From NCBI GenBank assembly GCA_043228905.1, contig JBHGNT010000001.1, positions 14,012,001 to 14,076,000 of the forward strand: DNA of 64,000 nucleotides, given 5' to 3'. A program made the translations under genes and the position numbers. The notes beneath the pieces were generated by a model. That model did no database searches and was not told where the DNA came from. It worked only from the letters and a program-made list of their open reading frames with translations. Positions within the stretch are counted from its first letter, which is position 1. The number at the start of each line of letters is the position of its first letter. This DNA comes from Azolla caroliniana (taxonomy: Eukaryota; Plantae; Polypodiophyta). Shown here one piece after another: positions 47,501 to 58,477 of the stretch.

Positions 47501-50500
47501 TTAAAGACTAAAGATCAAGTGTTCGAAATCTTTAGGAACTTTCATGTGGAAAGAGAAACAGGAAGATCAAGTGTGGAAAGAGAAACAGGAAGAAAGCTTA
47601 AATGTATCCGTTCCAATAACGGCGGTGAATATCAGGGACGATTTGAGGAATATTGTCGTGAGCATGGTATTAGACTAGAGAGAAGTGTCCCGAAAACACC
47701 TCAGTACAATGGCGTGGCTGAGAGGATGAATAGGACAATTTGTGAGCGGATAAGATGCATGCTATCCTACTCAAAATTACCGAAATCTTTTTGGGGTGAA
47801 GCAATGAGAACTGCCGTTGACCTCATAAACCTGTCCCCATCAATCCCTTTGGATGGTGGTGTACCCAAGAGGGTTTGGACAGGTAAGGAGGTGTCATACG
47901 AACATTTAATAGTGTTTGGTTGCAAGGCTTATGTCCACATCCTAAAAGATGAAAGATCCAAGCTTGATGACAAATGCAAACCATGCATATTTTTGGGATA
48001 CGGCCATGAGGAATTCGGCTATAGACTTTATGACCCAGTAGAGAAGAAGGTCATTAGAAGCAGGGATGTGGTATTCCTTGAGGATCAGACCTTACAAGAT
48101 CTGGAGCCGAATGAAATGCCGGATTTCACCCCTGATTTTTCAGTCATCGAACACCCAATGCCTGCCCCAAACACACAAGGTCATGGGGGAGATATTGAGG
48201 AATATGATGATACGACTGATGATGCAATCGACAATGATGATGGGCAGAATCATGACCATCATACTCTAGGTGACATTTCAGCAGCTCCTCCGAAAGAGGA
48301 AGAGGTTAGAAGGTTTATGAGACAAAGAAGACCTTCTACTAGATACAATCCACATGAATATGTGATGCTTTCAGATGGAGGAGAGCCAGAAAGCTTTAGA
48401 GAAGCTATGGCAAATGATCATAAGGAGGAATGGCTTGATGCCATGAATGATGAGATGAAGTCTTTGCAAGACAATCACACTTATGATCTTGTAAAGCTGC
48501 CTAAGGGCAAGAGAGCGCCGAAAAACAAATGGGTTTACAGGCTCAAGACTGAGGAACATTGCTCACAGCCAAGATACAAGGCAAGATTGGTTGTGAAGGG
48601 GTTCAACCAGAAAAAGGGAATTGATTTCGAGGAGATTTTCTCACCAGTGATGAAGATGTTCTCGATTGGAGTTGTACTTGGGATCGCAGCCAGTCTCGAT
48701 TTAGAAATCGAGCAACTCGATGTAAAAACCGCCTTCCTCCATGGCAATTTGGAAGAAGTGATTTACATGGATCAACCCGAAGGGTTTGGAGTCAAAGGTA
48801 AGGAAAACCTGGTATGCAAGTTAAAGAAGAGCTTGTACGGCCTAAAACAAGCTCCTAGACTTTGGTACAAAAAGTTTGACTCCTTCATATTGAACCATGG
48901 GTATAATAGAACAAACACAGACCATTGTGTGTTTGTTAAGAAATTCCAGATGGGGATTTTGTCATTTTGCTCTTGTATGTTGATGATATGTTGATCGTTG
49001 GTCAAGACACCAACAAGATTGAGAAGCTGAAAAAGGAACTCAGCAAATCTTTTGCCATGAAAGACTTGGGACCAGCCAAACAAATCCTTGGGATGAAGAT
49101 AACCAGGGACAGGGCAAGCAAAAGACTTTGGTTGTCTCAAGAAAAGTACATTGAGAAGGTACTTGAGTGATTCAACATGGCTAAGAGTAAGCCGACCAAC
49201 ACTCCACTCGCGGGCCACTTTAAACTGAGTTAAGCTCAATGCCCTACGAGTGATGAAGAGCAAGAAGGAATGAAACAAATACCATATGCCTCTGCAGTCG
49301 GTAGTTTAATGTATGCTATGGTATGCACGAGGCCGGATATTGCTCACGCAGTTGGTGTAGTGAGCCGTTTTCTCTCGAACCTTGGAAAAGATAATTGGGA
49401 AGCAGTGAAATGGATCTTGCGATATCTGAGGGTACCTCAAGAGTTTGTCTAAAATTTGGTGAGAACCAAACTATATTAGATGGATATACAGATGCCGATA
49501 TGGCTGATGATGTTGACTCTAGAAAGTCTACATCTGGATACCTAATGATATTTGTAGGGGGAGCGGTCTCTTGGCAATCGAGACTGCAAAAATGCATGGC
49601 ATTATCCACAACGGAGGCTGAATATATTGCTGCCACAGAAGCCAATAAGGAATTGCTATGGCTAAAGAAATTCCTACAAGAGTTGGGGCTGATTCAAGAA
49701 AGATACATTATGTATTGTGACAGCCAAAGTGCTATACATTTAAGTAAGAATTCTTCCTTTCATTCTAAGTCAAAACACATAGATGTTAGATACCATTGGA
49801 TTAGAGATGTGCTTGAAGAAAAGCAAATGCAAATTGAAAAGATTCACACAAATGAGAATGGCTCCGACATGATGACAAAATGTTTGTCAAGGGAGAAGCT
49901 TGAAGTTTACAAATGAAAGGCACACCTAGTTGTGCCCCCCACTTGAGATGGAGGGGAGAATTGTTGGGTCTATCCACTCAAGTGGAGCCCATGACATGGA
50001 GTTGGCTGAGAGCCAGCTACCAACTCTGTGTTGAATCGGCTGGGCGTCGATTCAGGCTGAGCGTTGATTCGGCTGGACGCCGAATCGACTTAGAGCTAAA
50101 GAAAGGAAAAATTTATATGTTTACTAATATATATATATATATGTACGTTTTTATGTGTCCTTTGTTTCTTCTTGTGTGTGTGTTTTTTGGTATGTCTATG
50201 TGTGAATGCAGATACGAAAAGAAGAGACGTTACTCCAAAAAGGCTGATAAAAAGAAGGCATAGACAGAAAAACGAACAGAGTGAAAAACTAAGAGAAAGA
50301 CAGAGAAAACAAAGCGCGTTACAGAGAAAAACTGCACATGAGTGAATAGAACTAAGGCTGGAAAAACAGAGATTCGAGAAGAAGAGGTGTGTGAGAAAAA
50401 CACAACAAAGCTTCTACAAGAAAACAGAAACAAGTGTGAGAGCTTGAGAACAGGGTGATCGAGAGCGAGAACTCATTGCAAGTGTAAAGACAGAGATCTA

Positions 50501-50721
50501 GCGAGGTGCTATCTGGACTACCCAAAAGAGTCACAACAACTCTTCTGTCCACTTGTAACAAGTTTATTTGTTCTATGTTTTTGGTTTTTTTTTTCTATTG
50601 TTTATCCTATCTGGGAGGCTGAATATTGTATCCAAGGCAGTAGCCTTGAAATATATGTGCATATCTCTAGAGTAAGCTCTAGAGGATGTCAACACCTTGT
50701 ACACTCAGAAAATAGTGAATT
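44560..50721 (+). mobile_element. Degenerate Ty1/Copia (Tnt1/Tork-like) element with truncated 3' LTR
   Basis: 5' LTR 44560-45488, iMet PBS at 45491, gag-pol 45533-49916 with stops and frameshifts (IDSGASYH, LWHKRLGH, YKARLVVKG, YVDD, KHIDVRYHWIRD). PPT GGAGGGGAG; 3' LTR from 49962 loses homology at ~50721; no TSD. Confidence 0.92.
46218..46620 (+). mobile_element. Non-LTR (TPRT-type) insertion, SINE-like or 5'-truncated LINE end, inside the Copia gag
   Basis: 14-bp TSD TAGAAAAGACTTCA (46204-46217, 46621-46634) and an A-rich tail. Removing it restores SRSRKDFKKDFSCCYCGGPNHYERDC. Confidence 0.8.
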
Positions 50722-50939
50722 GGACCAAACTATGAAGATCAACATTAAGTGCTTGAAGTGGTGATTGAGAACCAAAAGAATATTGTATAGACCATGTAAA
50801 TGACATTTGCAAGGTCTAATCATTATTGACACAATTATTAATGGTTTTTTGTTGATCAATGAAGAACATGTTCACCATAAGGTATCTTGTTGTGCAACAT
50901 ACTTCCTTGCATTATCAATATGCTTATTTTTCTCTTATA

Positions 50940-51360
50940 AAAACAGAGATTTTAGTACAATTCGAGTTCATGTTTAAAAAATCTCTTTTATTTAGAAAAA
51001 AAGAACATTTTTAAACATGAACTTGATACGTTGTATCAAGTTGATGTAAAAAACAGAGTTTCATCACAATTTGATACAATGTATCAAATTTGTGTTCAGA
51101 GTTTTTTTTTACGGGGAAAAAAAGAAAAAAACTTTGAATTTGAAGTTGATGTAAAAAAAGGAGTTTTCATCACAATTTGATATAATGTATTGAGTTCATG
51201 TTTCAAGGTTTTCTTTTTAAAAAAAATTATTGATTTGATTTGATTTGTTTTTTTTGGGAAAAAAACCTTTAAATATGAATTTAATATATTGTATCAAATT
51301 GTGATGAAAACTTTGGTTTTTTCATGAGCTCAAGTTCAAAGGTTTTTTTAAAAAAAAAAA
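50940..51360. repeat. AT-rich region with short direct and inverted repeats (possible MITE/foldback remnant)
   Basis: Recurrent CATCACAATTTGATA / TATCAAATTGTGATG and TTGATAC..GTATCAA palindromes; no TIR/TSD defined. Confidence 0.4.
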
Positions 51361-51720
51361 ACAAAAAAATAAAATAAAATAAAAAAAAGTATTAAAAAGT
51401 AAGGAAATGAGAGGCACATGAATAGAAAATAAGGAGAATTGCAACAACTATGGAATAGATAATAAGATGGAATTGCAAGCTGGAATACAACTAAAAGAGT
51501 TAATTTCTACAATAGCTACAGCATAAAAATAGTACCCTCGAATGTTCCTAGCTTCTTCCTTATATAATAGAGGAACTAGAGGGAACGTTGAATGTGTTTG
51601 AAAAATATAGTTACTAATAGAAAAAGAAAACACTAATAGTTAATAATAGTAACTAATCTAGATGTGGTGTAGAGTTAATGTGGCAACTAAAAGTAGTTGC
51701 TTGAAAATATTTTGTTGTTT

Positions 51721-53060
51721 CTAACACACTCTCGTAACTCTAGCACCACATTTGAGACCAACATGTTGGCAACAAGACCAATGTTTGGCAACAAGCATTG
51801 GTTTGGTCAAGAAATCCACCCACATGTGGGGGGTAAGAGTATACTTAAGGCGAATGGTACAATCCTCAAACAATTCACACAAAAAATGATAGTTGGCCCG
51901 AATGTGCTTGTTTTGTTTAGTGATATTTGGATTCCGTGCTATTGTAATGCATGACTTATTATCACAACAAAGCTGGAACTCATTAATGTGGATAATGTAT
52001 AGTTCATTGAAAATGGATTTTAGCCAAAGTCCCTCTTTAGTGACCAAGGTGGCAACAATATACTCAACTTTTGTGAAGGACAATGCCATCTTAGATCGTT
52101 TCTTTGTCTTCCAAGTGACAACACCACCAACGAATGTGAAGAGATATCCGGATGTACATTGTGAGGTATCTTTGTCACCACCCCAATCTGCATCTATCCA
52201 GCCATGTAGTGGAACCATCATTCCACCTTTAGAGAAGACAGACAAGGCTTTGTAAGAGAGGGTCATATCACATGTGTATTTTAAGTACCGGCGGGAACGC
52301 TTCAAGGCTTCCTAATGACAGGGGCCTAGATGCTCCATAAAACGTGAATCATAGAAAACCTGTGGCGAATGATAGTTTAGGGCGGGTGCAACTCACTAAG
52401 TAGGTAACTGCAAACTACCAAGAATTTGGCGATATGGTATATTTTTCATAAAAGCAACTTCTTTAGGAGTAGAGGGGGAGTCGGAGCTAGATAGATGGCA
52501 AGGAATAGTGAGTGGAGTAGCAATAGAGGAGCAATCCATCATATCAAACTTTTGAAGAATACCATCAACTAATTTATTTTGGGAGATGGAGAGGATTCCC
52601 ATACTGTGATTCCACTTGACTTCTAGACCAAGAAAGTATTCAAGCTCTCCAAGGTGCTTGGTGGGAAAGGAGGTTTGTAACTCCCTGACAAATTGAAGAA
52701 TGTCATGCTGGGAGGTACCAACAATTGGTAAGTCATCCACATAAACTCCTAATAAGAGGAAATTGGAATCCTGCTTGCAGATGTACAATGTTGGTTCTGA
52801 TTGTAGTTGCATAAAACCATTGTGAAGGAGAAAGTTATGGAGTTTGGCATACCATTGACGCGGTGATTGCTTCAAGCCATATAGAGGTTTATGCAATTTC
52901 CATACATAGTCAAGATGTGCACTATCGTGAAGTATTGGGGCAGCTCCATGTAGATATCTTCCATCAAATCTCCATGTAGGAAAGTTGTCTCAATGTCAAC
53001 ATGATGGAGTTCTAAATTTAAATATGTAGTAATGAAAAATATGAGACGCAGAGAAGTGAG
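51721..53060 (-). pseudogene. Decayed Copia RT-RNaseH fragment
   Basis: LYGLKQSPRQWY, VYVDD, DADWGGD, CDNKS and KHIRANYHF motifs in ORFs 52396..52896 and 51721..52305. Confidence 0.85.
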
Positions 53061-53790
53061 TGTAAAAGAATACGTGCGGAAGCATATGCGGAAGACATAG
53101 AGTACAAAGTCGGTTATTTAGAAGTATAACAGTTAGGTAAACATAGAGTTAAGGGTGATAGAGAGAGAGAGACACAATGATAAAGTAGACAACAAACTCG
53201 TATTCAAACAATAATACTTTGTCTACCTGCAACATGCTCACAGAGCACTTTTTATACAAGCCTTGGCGAGTGGGTAGACACAAGTACTATCAGTACTTTA
53301 ATGCTCATGAATGAGCCTAACAATAATTTGCCTATATAATATTCCTATTTACTAAAAGAGGAATATAAGCCCCTAACGGCTTGTTGGATTCCATCTAACT
53401 CGGCCTAGCCGATCGATCTTCATTCGATCTGGGCCTAGCCAATTGATCTCCATCCAATCCGGCTCTTGGCTTATTCAGCTGATCCGGACCAAGTTGAACT
53501 TGCTCGCTCAACACTACCCCTCAAGCTCAACTTAAGGTTCCTTGTAAGTTCCAGCTGATACATCGCTCCAGTATCTCCTGGCTTCACGCCTTCTTACCCG
53601 CGCTCCACGACTCATCTGGTTCGGCGCTTCTCGACCTGCTCGGTCGGTTTGTTTGCTGCCAATGCCTTCACTGGCCTTCTTCTTGCCTCTACTACTTCAG
53701 CGCCCCTCGATCCTTTGGCTCTCTTGCCTTGGCATTATCTTTGGTTGCCTCCTCGTCCGTCTGGTCTTCATGCAATTCGGCTCTTCCGAA
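53061..53790 (-). mobile_element. Copia 3' LTR (53061-53513) with PPT and 3' UTR remnant, inserted into the RT fragment
   Basis: TGTAAAAG...CTCAACA, then CCCCTCAAGCTCAA (reverse PPT shared with 34840-34856 and 58949-58965). Confidence 0.8.
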
Positions 53791-53794
53791 TCAC

Positions 53795-56154
53795 TCTCTA
53801 ATCTTCAATCGTGCCCTTGCAGAGGGTTTTCCATCACAATGGACCATGAACACAGTGGCCCCCATACATAAGGGGGGGGACCCCATGGACCCAAATACTT
53901 ATAGGACCATTATGATAGGTCATACCCTTGCTAAATTATATGGTGCAGTAATGGAGGCAGAGCTTAGCGAGTATATGGAGACCTTAAATCTTCGTGCACC
54001 TGAACAGGCCGGCTTTAGACGAGCCTTCTCCACTATTGACCATATCTTCACACTTAGATGCTTAATTGACCAGACTAAGCCTCGCAAGAAGAAACTATAT
54101 TGTTGTTTTGTGGACTTCCGCAAAGCCTTTGACACGGTCCCTAGAGAGCGGTTGTTTGATAGGCTTAAGAGCTTGAGGATACCAGATGACATGGTTTGGG
54201 CCATCTACGCACTATATGAACAAGTGTCCGGGTGTGTTCGATGCCCAGGCGGCATATCCGATAGTTTCACTAGCACTATTGGTGTAAAACAAGGTTGCCC
54301 CTTATCTCCGACTCTTTTTGGGATCTACATTGATGAGATCACAGATTTTATTGCTCGTAAGGGAGGCAATGGAGTAGTCCTTGGAGATACGCAGGCGCGT
54401 ATCTTGCTCTATGCAGATGACATAGTTTTGCTCTCTGAATCCGAACACGACCTACAAAGGCACCTTAATGCCTTAGATGACTTTTGCACACAACGAGGAT
54501 TGGTAGTGAATCTAGGGAAAACTAAAGTCCTTATCTTCCACACGTCGGCCCAAGTTAGAGCTAAGTGTCACCTAACTATCTCCCATAGCCCAGTTGAGGT
54601 GGTTGGATCATATGTCTATCTCGGAGTCACTTTCAATGCCCGCTCAGGTAAATTTTCGATGACACAAGCAGCGAAGGATAGACTTACAAGAGGACATGCA
54701 TCCCTCTCACTCCTCGAGAGACAATGCCACCAAGCATACTTCCAAGAGTCACGAACTAAAGGGTGGCTCTTTGACTCATTAGTGACTCCCTCTCTCATGT
54801 ATGCATCAGCGGTTTGGGCCCCAGGACTACCATCTTTCATGTGGACGCAATTAGAGAGACCATTGGTGATGATGTTATCACGCCAACTTCGAAGCAAATC
54901 GTCGGTCCCACATGACATTATTAGGGCTGAGTTCACTCTACCCCCTATGTTAGTAGAAACACTTTTTCAACTGGTAGTCTTTATACACAGGATACATAAC
55001 CAACCACTTGATAGAATATCCCACCAAGCCTTTAAGGCTTCTCGAGCATTGTATGAGTCTGGCTATACTAGCTCATGGTATGGCATGATGGTGAGTTGGC
55101 TTCTTGCCAACGGTCTAGACATTACTAACCTCCCCCCCCTTAAGTACGACCACACGAATGATAACACTTTACTCTCTCATGAGGACCGTAATAACGTAAT
55201 ACGCCAAGAAATATGGCAAATTTATACCCGGTATAAATGGATCACCCCACTAGAGCCACTCCCATCTAAAATGTCGTACTATAAGGAACACTTTATGCAC
55301 TTCTCTGAGTTAGGTTTTATCACGCGCCCAAAATATCTAGATGTATTCTTACCACATGCACTAAGGGTTGCCATTGGTCAACTTAGAATATCATCTCACC
55401 AACTTGAGATTGAGAATGGACGTACTAATGGAGTCCCTAGGGAGGAAAGGATATGTAGGTTATGCCACATAGAGATAGAGGATGAGTACCATTTTACATG
55501 CAAATGCCCCACCTATGCCGAGATAAGGGCAAAATACCAAGACATACTTGGTTCCTCTCCCACCCTCCCTAAACTATTAGATACACTAGATATAAAGAAA
55601 TTAGGTAGATACATCTTAGAATTGAAACACCACAGAGAGAACAAATTACAAAACGTTGATAATAATGTTGCTAATGTTTACCAACATATAACAAATGAAG
55701 TTTTTCAGGAACAGGGGGAGACAATGAATGTCGACACACCTGCACCACTCGGACTTCTCCTTGATGAAGCAGAAAATCAAAGAAGAACCAAACGCCCTTG
55801 GATGCTGGGTTTCAAAGCAACTCGACGAGATGTAGAAGCAATAAAGAAAATAAGGGAACGTGAACTACACCGCCTAGAAGCCATGGCTAGGGCACTCTAT
55901 GCATCGGTACCATGGGTCACACCCACACCAAAAACTTTTGACCTCCCACTTCTTTTTGAGAGACTTGGGTGGAAATGAGATTAGGCTTGGTGCAAAGTTT
56001 TGTACACTACTAGAACTTTCTTAGCTTAAGCTATTTTCTTTTATTTTTAGTTTTGATGATTGGATAAACACTCATTTTTTGTTGTAACCTATTTGTCTCA
56101 TGGGCCAAATTTGGCCTTAGAAGACGTTAATATATCTTTCTTTCTTTCTTTCTC
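53795..56154 (+). mobile_element. 5'-truncated LINE (RTE/RTEX-like) with an open RT and C-terminal Zn-motif frame to 55978 and a (TTTC)n tail
   Basis: PIHKGGDP...YRTI, EQAGFR, FVDFRKAFDTVPR, GVKQGCPLSPTLF, LLYADD, YVYLGV and LRISSHQLEIENGR...ERICRLC..IEDEYHF..CP; no endonuclease domain present. Confidence 0.9.
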
Positions 56155-56736
56155 TGTTATCCATGGGACAAAGGGCACGAGGTGTGAAACGAACCTAAAG
56201 AGACGAGTAGGTAAAGTAGGAGAAAAGGAGAATCGACTGAAAGTGAAGGGCAATAGTTAAACGAAATATGCGCATCCGAGAATAGAGGCTGTAAATAAGA
56301 AGGAAGCAGTTGGGGCGCAAGAAAGGAAGAGAGAACAATACTAGCAGCTGTGAGCCATGTAATCGTTACATGCAATAATATATAAACATATACTTTGTTG
56401 GGTCATTTCGGTGTCATTTCCATCTTCATTTTTACTTTTCGGTTTTGTCTTATTCATAAATCATAGTCATACGACCGGTTGTGGCCTATCATATTCTCCT
56501 ATGTAACCACGGTTCCTTGACCCGATTACTTAGGGGAGTAATCAAAGGTGTATCTCCGAGGGAGGAGACAACACAATTTGGCACACCCGGGTCACGCTGT
56601 GAGATCACAACGAACAATGTAGGAGGACACCCCAGTCACCATTACAACACCCAACCGCATCACGCGTTCTCAGCTACCATCCCGTCGCGCCGAGCTAGTC
56701 GAGGGGGCACTTCTGACTCCACACTCATGTATCAAT
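56155..56736 (+). mobile_element. LTR (56155-56573) plus tRNA-Arg-type PBS of a probable Tat/Athila-like Gypsy element inserted at the LINE tail
   Basis: TGTTATC...GACAACA ends. TGGCACACCCGG at 56579-56590 is complementary to the 3' end of plant tRNA-Arg(UCU) as I recall it. Confidence 0.65.
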
Positions 56737-56767
56737 TGTCATGATATAGCATGGTATGGCTTCAAAA

Positions 56768-56821
56768 GGATTTGAACCCATGACCTTATGTCACATGGGT
56801 TGAAACCTGACCATTAAGGTA
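56768..56821 (-). promoter_or_regulatory. tRNA-like Pol III promoter (A box TACCTTAATGG, B box GGTTCAAATCC) in chromovirus U3, antisense
   Basis: Near-consensus boxes with a 32-nt spacer. Confidence 0.55.
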
Positions 56822-58477
56822 TAGATTGTAATACAAATAATATTATTTCCATTTATTATTTCACTTAGGAAATCCATGTATATTCTAGATTTCTCTGGAA
56901 CATTCTAGAAATGTCAAGAGTAATCCTAAGCCACATTTCTAGAGCATTCCTAAGCCACAATAAAAAGAGGCACATGGCATTATTGAGAACCAAATCGGTT
57001 CAACCCCAATCTTAAGCCTCCTAGCTATTCTTGTATATTTTCTTCATATAATATATATCTTTTGTTATCATCACTCACTCACTCACTCTCTCACTCACTC
57101 TCTCTCCCCCAAGAGTTCTACACCCCTCTTAGTACTAATCCTCATCTTTTAATACTAATTCCCTCTCTGTCTAAGTACTATTCCTAACAGTTTGAACCAA
57201 TTTTGTCCTTCCATCTATCTTCTTACTTATTCCTCCTCTCTCTAATATTATGGCAAGTGTTATCGCTCAAGAATATCAATCCGTTTTCTCAGAGTTGCAA
57301 TGCTTGAAAGAGAAATTTCTTGCATTGGAACAAGAAAATCAACGGCTGTTGGGGGATCTTCAACAAATCTATTTAGAAAAGCAACAAACGCAACAACAAC
57401 ATGGGGAACTAGCATTATGCGTGCAACAACTTGAAGCAACCATTGTAGCATTGCAACAACAAGGACCAAGTATGCAAGGGATTCATAAAGAACCCAAGAT
57501 CGGCCTTCCTATAAAATTTGATGGAACGTGATCACAGTTCATAGGATTCCTTAATCAGGTACGATTAGTCATTCAAAGGCATCCTTCTCGATATCCCACC
57601 GATGCATCACGAGTGGGTCTAGTAGGCACGTTGCTAAGTGGCTCAACTTTGGCATGGTTCGCTTCGTTGTTAGAAAAGGAATCTCCACTACTAAATAATT
57701 TTGAGCAGTTTATAAGCGATTTTAAAGCTTGTTTTGGAGATATTGATAGTATAAGGATGACAATCAACAAAATCTGACGATTACGTCAAGGTGATCGTCC
57801 AGCCTCCGCATACGCTGCAAATTTCCGTCTACTCACCTTCGATATCCCCTAGGATGATCAAGCATTAATGGAACAATTTCGATACGACCTACGAAATGAT
57901 GTCAAAGACTTACTCTTGACTTTCCCTGAAGAACCAAAATCGCTCACAGAGGCAATCAATAGAGCGGTAAGATGTGATAACCGGCTTTTCGAGCGACGTT
58001 CGGAACGCCAATTACAAATGCCAAGGACCAGGTCGGAGCCCACATACGCCTTGGTCGCAGCAAAACCATTTGCAAGGGAGTCATACAATGTATCTCCGGC
58101 AAATACTCCAACGCCGATGGAAATCGACACCACACGTCGTCGTGGTCCATTATCGGAAGAAGAAAAGCAATGACGCCGAGGAAATCGATTATGTCTCTAT
58201 TGCGGAGGGCCAAGGCATATCGCAGTAAACTATCCACATAGGCCAAGAAGACAGGTAAATCAAGTAGTAGCTTGTACTAAAGCCGAGTCTATTCCATTAG
58301 AATTTTTTGATAGTTCTAATAGTATTAATAGCCCAAATTTATCGAACAAATTTGAAGTCCTTAGTCAATTAGAAGAAGAGTTAAATGATTAAGTCCAGCC
58401 TTAATAGGAGCCGTTTGGTTGGACAACCCTATCTGTCCATTGGTTCCATTCCCTCTAAGCAAGTTAGAAATTGTAGA

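Noticed and set aside
8431-53513. LTRs at 8431 and 53061 as the two ends of one giant element
   Set aside because: The PBS is left of the first and the PPT right of the second, so both internal regions face outward; they are separate insertions.
53729-53794. N-terminus of the 749-aa ORF as a true LINE start
   Set aside because: These codons come from the flanking Copia 3' UTR read antisense; the LINE is 5'-truncated.
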